Shown piece after piece: positions 36,966 to 50,690 of a stretch of 64,000 nt of DNA; positions within the stretch are counted from its first letter, which is position 1; the number at the start of each line of letters is the position of its first letter. Position numbers and translations under genes: made by a program. The notes under the pieces are model-generated. The model was not told the DNA's origin. It searched no databases and saw nothing but the letters and a program-made list of their open reading frames with translations. The stretch is taken from positions 55,180,001-55,244,000 of the forward strand of contig NC_043014.1 in assembly GCF_006345805.1 (NCBI RefSeq), read 5' to 3'. This DNA is from Octopus sinensis. Its lineage: Eukaryota.

Positions 36966-38056
36966 GAGCATGGAATTTAACATTTCAGCAAAATGCAAGT
37001 CTGAATATGATTGGTAACGATTGGACTGACTCGAGTTTTGTGTGTGTGTGTGTGTGTCTGTGTGTTTTGTTGATTAATCATTAATGCATAATGGTTTCTT
37101 CACAGTGTCCAATGGTAGAAAAAACATCATCATCATCATCAGTGTTTTTTTTTTCTTTATTGTTGTTGTTTGGTCTGTTTTATTTTAACCTAACAGCTGA
37201 CATGAAGTAAAGCAGAGTTGTAAACAAATGCGAAGGCTGTATGAAGAAATTATCGACAATTCCATTATTGTAAAGATCTTAACAGTTAGAAAAAAAACCC
37301 ACCACGACCATGACCACCACCACCACAGAAAAAAAAAAACAAAAAAAAAAGAGAAAAAGAAATGACTAAATAAATAGATAAACAGGAAAAAAAGAAAAAA
37401 AGAATGGTACTTTCACAGACAAGTGGTAATTCTGAAAGGAAGCCGAATGTAATATAAAAATAAAACAACAAAAGATGCTGCTGCCGTGGCTGATGCTGCT
37501 GCCATGTCTGCTGCTGCTGCTGCGATATAGAATTGGCATATGTGATATTTTTTTTCAAGACAGGCTAGTCTGTATCCTGATACGATTTGCGTGATTTATA
37601 AATACCCCAGCGGAGTTTTGTGTGTTAACTGTTGCTTACAATGGAAATAAGAACAGAAATATATATACACTAACACACATCTCAGGCCTTTATGAGTGCA
37701 CAAAGGCGCAAACACAGACACACAGACACACCTCACGCACCAAACAAAAAGGTTAGACTGACAAACACTGAGCCAATACTGGAAATGTTAGAAATAGCAG
37801 CCAAATCTCTCTCATATCACATCCTTCCACCTTGAAAAAAATTCAAAGGACACACTTGATAATCTAGAAATATAGATACATACACAATGTCTGAAATAAC
37901 GACAGGATGGTCGCAGTTGGAATGCTGCTTAATCAAGTCTAATTTGGGTCCAACCCTTTTTCTTACAATACTTCTACTGAAATACATTCTCTTTGTTTCA
38001 TTTAATTTTGCAAAAGATGAATTTAGTAAAATAACTGTTGTTATTAAGCTAGTGTG

Positions 38057-38099
<43 letters not shown>

Positions 38100-38103
<4 letters not shown>

Positions 38104-38442
38104 GTAGGAGTGGCTGTGTGGTAAGTGTCTTCTACTATAGCCTCAGGCCAACCAAAGCCTTGTGAGTGGATATGGTAGACGGAAACTGAAAGAAGCCCGT
38201 CGTATATATGTGTATATATGTGTGTGTGTGTGTTTGTGTGTCTGTGTTTGTCCTCCCAACATCGCTTGACAACCAATGTTGGTGTGTTTACATCCCCGTA
38301 ACTTAGCAGTTCGGCAAGAGATCGATAGAATAAGTACTAGGCTTACAAAGAATAAGTCCTGAGGTTGATTTGCTTGACTAAAAGGTGGTGCTCCAGCATG
38401 GCCACAGTCAAATGACTGAAACAAGTAAAAAGAGTAAAAAAA
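38100..38442 (+). mobile_element. SINE family A with internal deletion of the B-box region
   Basis: GTGTGGTAAGT joined directly to GTCTTCTACTATAGC. Confidence 0.85.
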
Positions 38443-39017
38443 GAGCATATATGCTGAACTACTGAGAAATTTGCAGTTACCTTATCCAGATTACAAGTCC
38501 AGATTTATACCTGCAATTATTGGGGCCCTGGGATATGTAACACACTGCCTAAATACCAATCTTGAGAAATTAGGCTTCTTAAAAAATCAGAAAGGAGAAA
38601 GCTGGTTTGAAGACTACAGATTCAATCCATCATTAGAACTGTAAAAATCTGTAAAACTTTCTGGAAGTTTATCATTTAAGTATATTTGAGCATGTCTAGA
38701 TATGCAAGTATATGCATAAAAATGCATGCATAAAACAAAACATACAAATCTGCATGTAAACATACATACATACACACATACCCTGTTGTTGATGTTTAAA
38801 TTCCAATGAAAGAGCCTTGGATTTAGGTTAGAAACTGATTCTTTCTCTATTGGAAAGAAATCTTGAAATCAGACATACATACATATATATATGAAACTGA
38901 AGCGCTAAGCTAATTCTAACCATTATGCTAACCCTAACCCAACAGACTGGAGGAGACACAGAGCAGCAAAACCGAGGTATTTTAAGGACCCAATTCACTG
39001 CTTGAAGGTTACAAATC

Positions 39018-39320
39018 ATCATCATCATCATCGTTTAACATCTGTTCTCCATGCTAGCATGGGTTGGACGGTTCGACCGGGGATCTGTGAAGCCAGAAGG
39101 CTGCACCAGGCTCCAGTCTGATCTGGCAGTGTTTCTACAGCTGGATGCCCTTCCTAACACCAACCACTCCATAAGTGTAGTGGGTGCTTTTTATGTGCCA
39201 GGCGAGGCTGGCAAAGGCCACGATCGGTTGGTGCATTTTACGTGCCACTGGCACGGAAGCCAGTCTAGATGGCGCCGGCATCGGCCACGTTAAGATGGTG
39301 CTTTTTACTTGCCACCGGCT
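39018..39320 (-). mobile_element. Family C copy
   Basis: Family C core plus two units. Confidence 0.88.
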
Positions 39321-39854
39321 CAGGGATCGAAAGAGAATAATTATTTTAGTATATAAAAATCAAATTGTTTCATCTAGCTTTAATCTTCTTAGTCATTCAG
39401 TGATTGACAGTGATGGGGCAGGGGGATGGAGGAGGAAAGAGTGAGAGATAAAGGAGAGGGGGAGGTGTGAGGGGAAGGGAAGAGGAAACAAATGAAAAGG
39501 AAGAAAAAAAGAAAAGTTTTGTGTTTGTGTGTACGCATGTGCGTGTGTGTATATATATATATATACACACACACATATATACTTGTACATTGTGTGTGTG
39601 TGTGTGTGTGCTTATGAGTTGCATCAATCTCTCATCATGGATGGTTTAGACGGTGTAATGATGAACATGAAGAACAGGTGCCAAATGCGATTCGTTAGTT
39701 TCATTTTAATTAACAAACGACATCATCGCCAACTTCTTGAGTTCTCCCAGATTGGCTACAAAATAGAATAACGGGGGGGGGGGAACGAAGTTGAAATAAA
39801 AAAAGAAAAAAAAACCCAAACAAAACTTTGCCATGGAACTATCTTGGAACGGTC

Positions 39855-40215
39855 ATTAGATTGTGGTCATGCTGGGGCACTGCCTTGAAGAGTTTTTAGT
39901 CAAACGATCCAACCCAAATACTTATTCCTTTTAAGCCTGGTACTTCTATCAGTCTCTTTTGCTGAACAACTAAGTTATAGGGAGGAAAACATACGTCCCT
40001 GTAGCTTAGGTGGTGGGGATGAACACAGGTACAAAGATACACACACACACACATACATGATAAGTTTCTTTCAGTTTCCGTCTACCAAATCCACCGACAA
40101 AGCTTTAGGTCAACCCAAGGCTATAGTAGAAGGCCCTTACCCAAGGTGCTACACAGTGGGACTGAACCCAGAACTATGTGCTTGGAAAACAAACTTCCAG
40201 CCACACAGCCATGCC
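39855..40215 (-). mobile_element. SINE family A, diverged
   Basis: Homologous to family A on the minus strand. Confidence 0.75.
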
Positions 40216-40471
40216 TGTGCCTATATGTGTTTCGGTGATGGACCAATTCTGCTGCCCCTATTTAACACCAACACTCCTTGACCCTTCCAGTACCTTTAGT
40301 AGATTCCCCTCTGGCAAGGGATCAACACCTTACAAGTTCTGGGTTTCACAGAATTCTAAGGAGAAATTGATGGCTTGATGTGTGTTCCCTTACACAGTGC
40401 CATGGTTGTTTAGCAGTCCTACCACTGGATTTGACAGTACCCACCTCTAGCCTGTAGAAGGTACCCTATTT

Positions 40472-40710
40472 AAGGCGGCGAGCTGGCAGAAACATTAGCG
40501 CGACGGGCGAAATGCTTAGCAGTATTTCGTCTGCTGTTACGTTCTGAGTTCAAATTCCGCCGAGGTCAACTTTGCCTTTCATCCTTTAGGGGGCGATAAA
40601 TAAAGTACCAGTTTCACACTGGGGTCGATGTAATCGACTTAATACCTATGTCTGTCCTTGCTTGTCCCCTCTATGTTTAGCCCCTTGTGGGTAATAAAGA
40701 AATAGGTATC
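40472..40710 (+). mobile_element. SINE family B, full length
   Basis: Family B consensus; CCTATTTA repeated at both flanks (possible TSD). Confidence 0.9.
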
Positions 40711-41059
40711 CTATTTATTGGCATGCCCAGCCACTTACAAAGATCTTTAGATATTTATTAGCAACAAGTCCAGGGGTTGCAGATTCTTCCTCTCTCTACT
40801 GCCAGCAAGTTTCAAAGGCTCTGATGGGCTGTTCTTCCTTCTAAGCAAACAAACAAATGAATTAATAAAATCTGAGCTAAAGTAGGGACTGACGTGGTTG
40901 CATTTTCAAGATGTTCACTTCACAATGATGTGGGCTCTGGGTTTTATCTCACTGAATGGCACTTTCAGTAAATATTAATTATAGATTTGGGCTGGCCAAT
41001 CATAACTCATAAGTGAAATTTGTTGGTCGGAAACCATGCATAAGTCCACTGAGGGTTAG

Positions 41060-41368
41060 CAACAAGTAGCACTTGTGCTGGTGGCACGTGAAACGTTCAA
41101 GCGAGGTCGCCGCCAGTGCCGCTGGACTGGCTCCTGTGCAGGTGACACATAAAAAGCACCATTTGGGCATGGCCGTTGCCAGTACCACCAAACTGGCCCT
41201 CGTGCCGGTGGCACATAGAAGCACCCGCTACACTCTCGGAGTGGTTGGCGTTAGGAAGGGCATCCAGCTGTAGAAAATCTGATTGGAGTCTAGTTCGCCA
41301 GACCTCAGTCAAATTGTCCAACCCATGCTAGCATGGAAAGCAGACGTTAAATGATGATGATGATGATG
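41060..41368 (+). mobile_element. Family C copy
   Basis: Units, core with a small deletion, (GAT)n tail. Confidence 0.88.
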
Positions 41369-42049
41369 GGAATCTCCTGGTATGTCTGTGCTTTCAAAGG
41401 CAAGTGAGAGGAGAACTCCCCGAGTTAAAAAAAAAAAAAAAGGGTCATTGACTGAAAGGGTATTTAAGCTTTAAAACAATGCTTCAGTAATAAATATTCA
41501 CCTAACCCATGCTGACTTGGAAAAACATATGTAAAACACCCAAACAAATAGAAACTTTTGACTCAATTGTTTGGTAGTTTGACTAACGACTGCTAATGAC
41601 TTTGTCTAGCTGTAACTTTGAACATTTGATAATCTATGGATAAGAAACCTCTCAACCGTTTCCTGTTGTCTCTTCTTCAAAACACAGACAAAACCACCAA
41701 CAACAACAACAACAACAAAGAACTGCAACAAGTGTTAGAGGAGTGAGTCTGGTTTAGGAAATGCTGGAGAGTTTGGCAGCCGGATTAATATTTAACCAGA
41801 CGACTGCTGGTTTAATTAAGATAGCCACTCGTTTTGTTCAGGAGCAAATGAATCAAACGAGGAGATTAGTGCGGGGGAAATTCCAGACAGATTATCCGAA
41901 GATTGGGGGAAACAAAGAGAGTCAATTGAATTTGCAGATTTCATTTCCATAATGATGAACGGCCGGAAATAAAAAGAGTTTCTTTAATATAAAGGCATCA
42001 ATTTCCAGCTGGATTGAAAACATTCGGTAATAGCAGACACAGCACAAAC

Positions 42050-42057
42050 ATACACAA

Positions 42058-42136
<79 letters not shown>

Positions 42137-42179
42137 AGAGAGAAGATGAGATGTTGGAAAAGATAAACCTAAATATATT

Positions 42180-42217
<38 letters not shown>

Positions 42218-42490
42218 GAATATTTGGTAGTGTATGTATGTGTGCATGAGTGTGTATATATATATTATACAAATACTTGATAGTATGTGTGTATGTATAT
42301 ATATAATATGTATATAATGTGTGTGTGTATGTGTGTATGTATGTGTGTGAGCGTATATATATATATACATACATATATAAATACTTAATAGTATGTGTGA
42401 ATGTGTATATATGTGTGCATGTATATATATATAATGCGTATATATAATGCATATATATAATATGTGTATGTATATATGTGTATGTGTGTA

Positions 42491-42533
<43 letters not shown>

Positions 42534-42535
42534 GA
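42050..42535. repeat. Compound (GA)n, (TA)n and (GT)n array
   Basis: Directly visible. Confidence 0.9.
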
Positions 42536-43050
42536 ATGGTTGATGGAGTGTTCATTACATCATGATGGTCTCGCATTTTCAACGAGATATTCTTGATTGT
42601 GAAACTCCACTTGATGAGAACGGAAGGTATGTATGAATAGATAACAATTTGGTAGACTGAGATGGAATTAAGGCCAAGACTTGCTTTGTTTTTCTTTTTC
42701 TTTTTTTCTATTTTTCTTTTTCGTTCTTTTTTTTTTTTTTGGACAATGCTGTATTTAATGACACTTTACGAAAAAGCAGGGAAAGTCAAGGAGAATCGAA
42801 AATGAGATTGTTAACAATAGGAAACTTTTACCTATTTGCTACGGCTGAATGGATAACGAATCCACTTGTCTTGCGATAAAGATCTATAAACCAAATCTAG
42901 CACAAGTCTGCACTGCATGCTGCTGTTGTTTAATTCCAGATCAGTCCTGATCGAGCAGACCTATGATCAAATGCATTCCAGACACGACCAACCCCACCTT
43001 TTATTACAGACATAGTCTACCTTAGAGTGCATTACCCAATGTGTCCATTC

Positions 43051-43259
43051 ACTCTCTTTTACTTGTTTCAGTCATTTGACTGCGGCCATGCTGGAGCACC
43101 GCCTTTAGTCGAGCAAATCGACCCCAGGACTTATTCTTTGTAAGCCCAGTACTTATATTCTATCGGTCTCTTTTTTTGCCGAACCGCTAAGTGACGGGGA
43201 CGTAAACACACCAGCATCGGTTGTCAAGCAATGCTAGGGGGACAAACACAGACACACAA

Positions 43260-43300
<41 letters not shown>

Positions 43301-43451
43301 TATGACAGGCTTCTTTCAGTTTCCATCTACCAAATCCACTCACAAGGCATTGGTCGGCCCGGGAGACGCTTGCCCAAGATGCCACGCAGTGGGACTGAAC
43401 CCGGAACCATGTGGTTGGTTAGCAAGCTACTTACCACACAGCCACTCCTGC
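43051..43451 (-). mobile_element. SINE family A, full length
   Basis: Family A consensus on the minus strand. Confidence 0.9.
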
Positions 43452-44077
43452 TCGTTTATATTTTTAAATTAAAAGATAATTGGATGTGATTTGGAGTCTA
43501 TCTGGCTGCTATTTCTAGTAGATCGACCAATTACCACACAGAGCAGGTGTTTTCAATCAATTTGCCATGGAACCCAATTTGTGCCACCTATGGTGCACAA
43601 GTGTGCCACCAGTTTTCGAGCAGTGTCAGAAAAACAGTAGAATCTCTTTTGTCTTTACTTCTTATCTTTTACTTGTTTGTCAATGGACTACGACCAAGCT
43701 GGGGCACCACTGGGAAGGATTTAGTTGAAGAAATTGGCCTCAGAATTTATGATTTTAAAAAAAAGTCTACAACATGTTCTATCAGTCTCTTTTACAGAAC
43801 TGCTAAGTTATGGGGATGTAAACAAACCAAGCAGCGGTGCTGGTGGTGGGGACAAACACAGAGAAACACACATACAAATGACGGGCTTCCACACAGTTTC
43901 CCTAAACAAGCTAAAGAATAAGGGACTTGTTCACATGGCATCAGGTCATGTCCACACACAGACAAGAGCCCATATGACACATCTACAGTTCAGCACTCCT
44001 CTGAACCCTGTACACCTTAACCACAAGACTCATCTGCTATTTGACCCATCGCTAAGGCCCTTGGCAGGTACTTCCTG

Positions 44078-44315
44078 AAGGCGGCGAGCTTGCAGAATCG
44101 TTAGCACATCGGGCGAAATCCTTAGCAGTATTTCGGTTACCGTTACGTTGTGAGTTCAAATTCCGCCAAGATTGACTTTGCCTTTCATCCTTTCGGAGTC
44201 GATAAATTAAGTACCAGTTACGCACTGGGGTCGATGTAATCGACTTAATCCATTTGTCTGTCCTTGTTTGTCCCCTCTATGTTTAGCCCCTTGTGGGTAG
44301 TAAAGAAATAGGTAC
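44078..44315 (+). mobile_element. SINE family B, full length
   Basis: Family B consensus; AGGTACTTCC at both flanks (possible TSD). Confidence 0.9.
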
Positions 44316-45461
44316 TTCCATCCCAGGGTCAGCGATCCCAGGAGTAGCTCCATACTCCCTGAAACACTTCAGCTCCCATGCTGGAGTATTCCCACTAGAT
44401 GCAGTTCCATGTCTTACCCTAAACTTCTATGTCTTACAAATAGTTAGAAATCTTGGATTGATAAAGAAAAAGATTTTCAAGAATTTACAAGCATTCTTCA
44501 AATATCTCAATGCTACAAAATATTATCCCTGAACATAGTAAAAGTTGTCTTTCGGTTTTAGTTGCAGGGCCATGCTGCAGCACTGCTGAAGTGTACATTA
44601 AATAAATAATAGTTTTAATTTCTTCCCATAAAAGTGCCAGTGAATCAGACATGTAGTACAGGGGGTGGGGTGGGGGAACCAACTCGTCATAAATAAAGAA
44701 TTACGTGACATTTAATATTAAATGTCATAAGTACTGAGAGAGAGAGAGAGAGAAAGGCAGGAGAGAGAGATGGGGAGAGAGAAGGAGAGAAGGAAGGAGG
44801 GAGAGAGAGAGGCAAAGAAAATATCAAGAGCATCTCCTACAGAACCGATTATATCTTGAAATCTGAAGTATTTAGACATACAGTTTACACATTTAGGTAA
44901 TTAATTATAGACAGACACATGCACACAAACGTCACTATTGACCAGACTATCAGATGCCGTTATGCATCACTGGTCACAATGCACTTTGCATTGTTTTAGC
45001 TTTCGAGTGATGCCACCCTTACTGGCTGGCCGAGCAGGCCAACATTCCCCCACGCCCACCCCGACCAATCGGAACGCTAGTCCATCACAGGGTGTACCCC
45101 GTTTACAGCTGAGTGAACTGGAGCAATGTGGAGATATGGAGCACTGCCTGGTCTAGGAATTGAACCCATGATCTAGCTCTCATGAGTGCAATATGGACAC
45201 CAGGCCACTGACTGTGCTTTACTGGCAAACTAACAGGTATATACCATACGATTTTTTAACTATAGATATCTGGGCTTCTTTCATTCATACAGTTTCCATC
45301 TACCAAATCCACTCACAAAGCATTGGTCAGCCCAGAACTAAAGAAGACTCTTGCCCAAGGTGCCACACAGTGGGGCTGAACCTTGAACCATGAGTTTAGG
45401 AAGTTAATTTCTTACCCCTCACAGCCACACCTGCACCTATATACATACAAAAACACATATA

Positions 45462-46478
45462 CAGGGCGGTAATAAAGTCCCTATACCGTTGGGCATAAAT
45501 AGAAGATCACTTCAGATAATGCTGACAGAATTAAACTACAAGCCTTACACACCCCGACTCATTCATGGATTGAAGATGATGGAGATTGTCGTTTACAGTT
45601 CTGTGAAATCTTTGTTAATCATTGTGAAGTTACACCTGCTCTACTCATTAAGATAGTGCGGTCTGACGAAGCACAATTCAAGCTATCTGGAAGGGCAAAC
45701 AGTCACAATCGCACTTACTGGGCTTCACAGAGTCCTCATCTGAGCATCCAAAGTCAAGTGAACCAACTAGGAGCAACCGTTTGGGTTGGCATATCAAGTT
45801 CTGGAATCATCGGTCCTACTTTCTTTGAGGAAACACTGCAACTAATTACTTAGAAACATTACAAACCACCATAATTCCTGCTTTACGACAAAAAAGATGG
45901 TTTCCATGAGTTTTACTTTCAACAGGTTGGGGCACCACCACATTTAGCTCTCAAAGTAAGATGGCTAGGATGATGTGATTTGACCCCAGTGGATTTTACT
46001 ATATGGGGAATTATCAAAGATTCCATTTTCGCAAAGAAACTGAGAAATATCGATGACCTCAAGCAATTTATTCGAGATGTTCTAGCAGACTTAAGCCATC
46101 AGAACCATTTGTGTCGTGACATTGGTCGAAGCATTCTCTCACGTTGTAGAGAATGCATTGAAGCAGGTCGTTTACGGTTCAAACATTATCGGTAATTCAT
46201 TTACTATTGTTTACGATAGCATTTTACTGTTATTAACCAAAATTAACCAGAAGCATTTTAATAATAAATATCTACATCCAGCTGTAGAAACTCTGCCAGA
46301 TCAAGATGGCAGCCTGGTGCGGCCATCTGGTTCGCCAGCCCTCAGTCAAAATCGTCCAACCCATGCTAGCAGGGAAAGCAGATGTTAAACGATGATGATG
46401 ATGATCTGGAGAGTTCATTAATTGCTTTGTCTTAATTGTTATTGTAAGTAACTGTATAATGACTTCATTGCCACCCTG
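45462..46478 (+). mobile_element. Decayed Tc1/mariner-superfamily transposon (maT/rosa-like, subgroup uncertain) with both TIRs
   Basis: TA|CAGGGCGGTAATAAAGTCCCTATAC ... GTATAATGACTTCATTGCCACCCTG|TA; translated pieces SDEAQFKLSG..NSHNRTYW, VWVGISSSGIIGPTFF, FQQVGAPPH, DLTPVDFTIWG; internally deleted; family C insert at 46273-46405. Confidence 0.88.
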
Positions 46479-47100
46479 TATATATACAGACACACAAATG
46501 TAACATAGAGGACAGGTGAAAAAAAAAAGAAAAACCTCTTTGTGATGTTTTTTTTCATTACTCTACAATTGCTGAGTGAGGTCTAAGATGTTGTGTAGCT
46601 GACTAGAATTTAAGAATCTATAAAAAGAGGACTTCCCACAGTTCCATATCAGCTAGAAATTGGCACTGGTTTTGCTTCATCAAATTTGATATAATAACAT
46701 TCTCTACTGATATAACTTTGTACATCAGACATGTTGCCAAAACTATGCCTAAATTCTTGATATCACTTTCTTTCTTTCTTCTTGCACTCATGGTGATAGT
46801 AACTGAAGTCTGAGATTTAAATCAGCTCAATGTTAAGAACACCACTTTGCTCTCTTCCATTCATGTTAATATTGGTAACACTTCTGCTCCCAGTCTACCC
46901 AGAATTCTCCTTGGTTCTATGATGCAAACTTCCTGCCTCAAAGTGATCTGAATGAAAACCTCCCATCAAACTTTCTTGTTAGTTAATGTTCAAATCACCA
47001 GCAATTTCAAAGGGTGGGATAAGTTGATGACATTGACCCCAATGCATGAATGGCACTTTTTTTATTGACCCCAAAAAGGAAGAATGGCAAAGTCAACCTT

Positions 47101-47303
47101 GGCATCATCATTGTTCGACCATGGTCGAGACAATGGAATTTACTATGTTATGCCAGATTTCACGGTCCATCATAGCATTACAGAGGTCCTGTCGCTGGAT
47201 GCCTGTATCCCTGGAGATTACATCAGGGTAGGAGAGTGTGCGCCCTCTGGTATCACGAGCAGATGGCTTCCAGAGGAGAAGAGTAGAAATTACCTCATTT
47301 TCA
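47101..47303 (-). mobile_element. RTE-clade LINE 3' fragment nested in a family B SINE
   Basis: Translates EVISTLLLWKPSARDTRGRTLSYPDVISRDTGIQRQDLCNAMMDREIWHNIV..EQ* followed by TGATGATG; LLW.P..GR..Y.D..DTG..M.DR..W pattern of RTE C-termini. Confidence 0.8.
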
Positions 47304-48315
47304 GAATGTAAAGATGGACAAAGCACTAGCTAAATTATGTTGCTAAATTCTTCATTACTTTTGAAATAAATTGAAACAAAGGTTAGGTATTTCAACAGAA
47401 ATGTGGTAAAAGGATTAAATAAAATAACTCAGAGGTTACTAAACTTGCTTTATTTGTAGATTTAAAGACATCTCAGACCATTTCTAAGCAGCATCCATTA
47501 AACTATACAGAATGTTCTTCAAAGGAGGTAAAGGAGGGGAAGAGGGGTCACTGCTAGAGGAGTAATTAAACAGGTATTGAATGTGCAAAAAAACCACACC
47601 TGCAGTGAAGGGCCATTCATGAAAGTAAACACGATAGAATCCAGACAGCCAGTAACTCTTAAAGATAAAAGAATTTATTCTCATCATTAATAACCAAAGA
47701 AATTAATAGGCAAATTTCCTTGGGGGACCATTTATTCTGCAATGCTACATCATCATCATCATCGTTTAACGTCCGTTTTCCATGCTGGCATGGGTTGGAC
47801 GGTTTGACTGAGGTCTGGAAAGCCAGGAGGCTGCACCAGGCTAGGAATATAATTTTAAACTCTATACAGTCTTCCAGTCAACCAGCATCAATTTCAATGC
47901 CAAGCATTCAGCAACGATTTCACACCAAATTTTAGTAACAGGCTTTTATTTTATCTTAAAAAACCGATATCGTCATCTTATGCTGCCCAATTTGACTTGG
48001 TTCCTAATGTAATGCAAGGGACAGCAGTTTTTTTCCCAAATCACTGATTAATAAAGTTGATGAATGTTACTTATCGGCACAACATAATTAACAAACATCT
48101 GTCTCCTTTTTAGAGGTGCAAAGTATGGATGAACATGCAGATAACCAATGTATTAATTATACTAATGAGGGAAGGAGCCAGAGTAGAAGTACTTCCTGTA
48201 TAGGGGCCCACATGGCTACTCATGTTTTAGAAGAGAGGATCTGGATGGAGCAGGGAAGAGATAAAGGTAGCAGAGATGAGGCATCTGGGGATAGTCTCAT
48301 TCATATAAATATACA

Positions 48316-48370
<55 letters not shown>

Positions 48371-48373
48371 TAC

Positions 48374-48725
48374 CGGAGGTGGCTGTGTGGTAAGTAGCTT
48401 GCTTACCAACCACCTGGTTCTGGGTTCAGCCCCACTGCGTGGCACCTTGGGCAAATGTCTTCTACTATAGCTTTGGGCCGACCAAAACCTCGTGAGTGGA
48501 TTTGGTAGGCAGAAACTGAAAGAAGTCCGTTGTATGTATGTATGTGCTTGACAACTGATGCTAGTGTGTTTATGTCCCTGTAACTTAGCGGTTCAGCAAA
48601 AAGAAACCAACAGAATAAGTATTAGGCTTACAAAGAATAAGTCCTGGGGTTGATTTGCTTGACTAAAAGGTGGTGCTCCAGCATGGCCACAGTCAAATGA
48701 CTGAAACAAGTAAAAGAATAAAAGA
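48374..48725 (+). mobile_element. SINE family A with partial internal deletion
   Basis: Family A head and tail. Confidence 0.85.
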
Positions 48726-48756
<31 letters not shown>

Positions 48757-49121
48757 GAGGACAATAAACAGCACAAATAGTATGGGGGGGGGTGTAAATT
48801 AAAATCTGTAAAAAGTGTAAACATAAGCATGAGGTTGATAATGAGTTTGTGAGTGAGAGTGAGTGAGTGGGAGTGAAGTGAGTGGGAGTGAAGTGAATAT
48901 GTGCATGATAGTGAGAGTAAGTACATGAGTGCAAGCATGAATGAATGAGTGAACAAGCACATCATGTCTGCAAACGTATGTGTGTATGTGTGTATGAGAA
49001 TGTGAGTGTGTGAGTGAGTGTGCCTGCCTGAAGCTCAATCAGCAGAAGACTTTTTCCAAGAAAACAAGAAATGCCTTGCTCCCCAGTTCCAACTTTGGAA
49101 CCACCCACATGGTTGTATATA

Positions 49122-49173
<52 letters not shown>

Positions 49174-50074
49174 CTATCAACATGTTGGTGTGCAGCTAGG
49201 TATGAAGAATGGCTTTTCCAAGAGAAGAGATTCTGCGAAGAAGAAACTTTGGTGGAATGGAGAGGAATCTCAGTCAGGACGATGATCGGAATGAAAATAA
49301 AAGAGATAACAGGCAGACAATGGAGCAAATGTTTGTAGTTAAACGAGGAGAGCGGGAGGAGCATGGGGAGGAGCAGGAGGAGACAAGTGATAGTGTGTAC
49401 TTATTTACATGATAAGAAGGTAAACTTTGCTTGAACGGCCCCCACCCCACCGCCACTTTATTAATCTTCTGGGTGTTTTTTTGTTTATAAACAATCTTTT
49501 CAGATGTTTCTGAAAACGGATACAGTATCAGGTGTGTGAATTGTAATCTGTTAATAGCCGGGAGCCGCCGAGGGCCTACACGCTGCTACAAACCACTAGC
49601 AGCCAGCAACCATGGCAGCTTTCTTAGATTTCGTGTGTGTGCATGGGTGTTCACATGTGTGTGTGTGTGTATGTGTACAAGTGTTCACATGTGTGTGTGT
49701 GTGTGTACTGTTCCTTTTTACATGTCTTGTGTCCCCTGCTAACATGTTTTACATCCAGATGCCCTTCCTCTTTCTAATCCTTACTTATTATTCATGTGAG
49801 AGATTTCTTATATTTTGTTGTGTATAGGGAGGGTCATAATGTCAATATCAATACATGCACTGGTTCAATTCCAGATACAAAAATGGGTTTTATACAACAA
49901 GACAGACAGACGTACAGGCAGGCAGACAGACAGATAGATATGTAAGTGTTAAACAATGAGAATGTGTGCTCAACACTGTATTGGTGGATAAAATTTCTTT
50001 ATTAAGGCTACCATTGGTTTCATGTTAAGAAAATATCTTAATTTTTCAAGCTGATCATGTGGAGGAATAGGGTC

Positions 50075-50366
50075 ATGAATGACCATGGAATTGCACCAAG
50101 GTACAAGTCTGGGCAAGGTTATTTATGGAAGACCAGCAGTCACCCATGCATGCCAGTCTCCCCCTCTCCACACCACCAATGTTATCCAAGGGAAAGGAAA
50201 AGGGGCCGAAACAGCTTGGCACCAGTGATGCCGTAACTCATTTCTACAGCTGAGTGAACTGGAGCAACGTGAAATAAAGTGTCTTGCTCAAGAACACAAC
50301 ACGCAGTTCGGTCCGGGAACTGAACTTTCTACCTCGTGATTGTGAGCCTGACACTCTAACCACTGA
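50075..50366 (-). mobile_element. SINE family E variant with a different tail
   Basis: Minus-strand tRNA-like head, GTGTTCTTGAGCAAGACACTTTATTTCACGTTGCTCCAGTTCACTCAGCTG core, GCATGGGTGACTGCTGGTCTTCC tail. Confidence 0.75.
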
Positions 50367-50411
50367 ATCATATATATATATTCTCTTCTGATTTATGATA
50401 TTGTAATGAAG

Positions 50412-50442
<31 letters not shown>

Positions 50443-50447
50443 AAATA

Positions 50448-50690
50448 CAAAATGGGACAAGAATGCAAAACATCCAAATAGACAATACAAAAAACACGGA
50501 CAGGTCATTCGAAGCCTTTAATCTTCAGTCAAGAACCGGATCATCCTCGCAGTTTCGGCTGATTAATCATGAGATTGCTCCAATCTGGCCAGCTCCAAGG
50601 AAAAACTAAGCTAAGAGCATTAGATTCCTTGGAAAAAGGATCGAATGTATACGACACAAGGACAGGAAAATGGACGATGTTACACGAATA
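50448..50690 (-). mobile_element. Family D, longer copy
   Basis: Shares 14452-14612 and extends ~80 bp further. Confidence 0.65.

Noticed and set aside
36186-36998. 270-aa HT-repeat ORF
   Set aside because: Translation of the (GT) minisatellite.
37475-37594. 39-aa signal-peptide-like ORF MLLPWLMLLPCLLLLLR..
   Set aside because: The Leu run comes from a (CTG)n repeat; too short and unsupported.
38925-38945. Telomeric repeat CTAACCCTAACCC
   Set aside because: Only two units; not an interstitial telomere array.
42560-42630. Possible micro-exon MMVSHFQRDILDCETPLDENG ending at AG|GTATGT
   Set aside because: A single donor-like site without homology or a partner exon.
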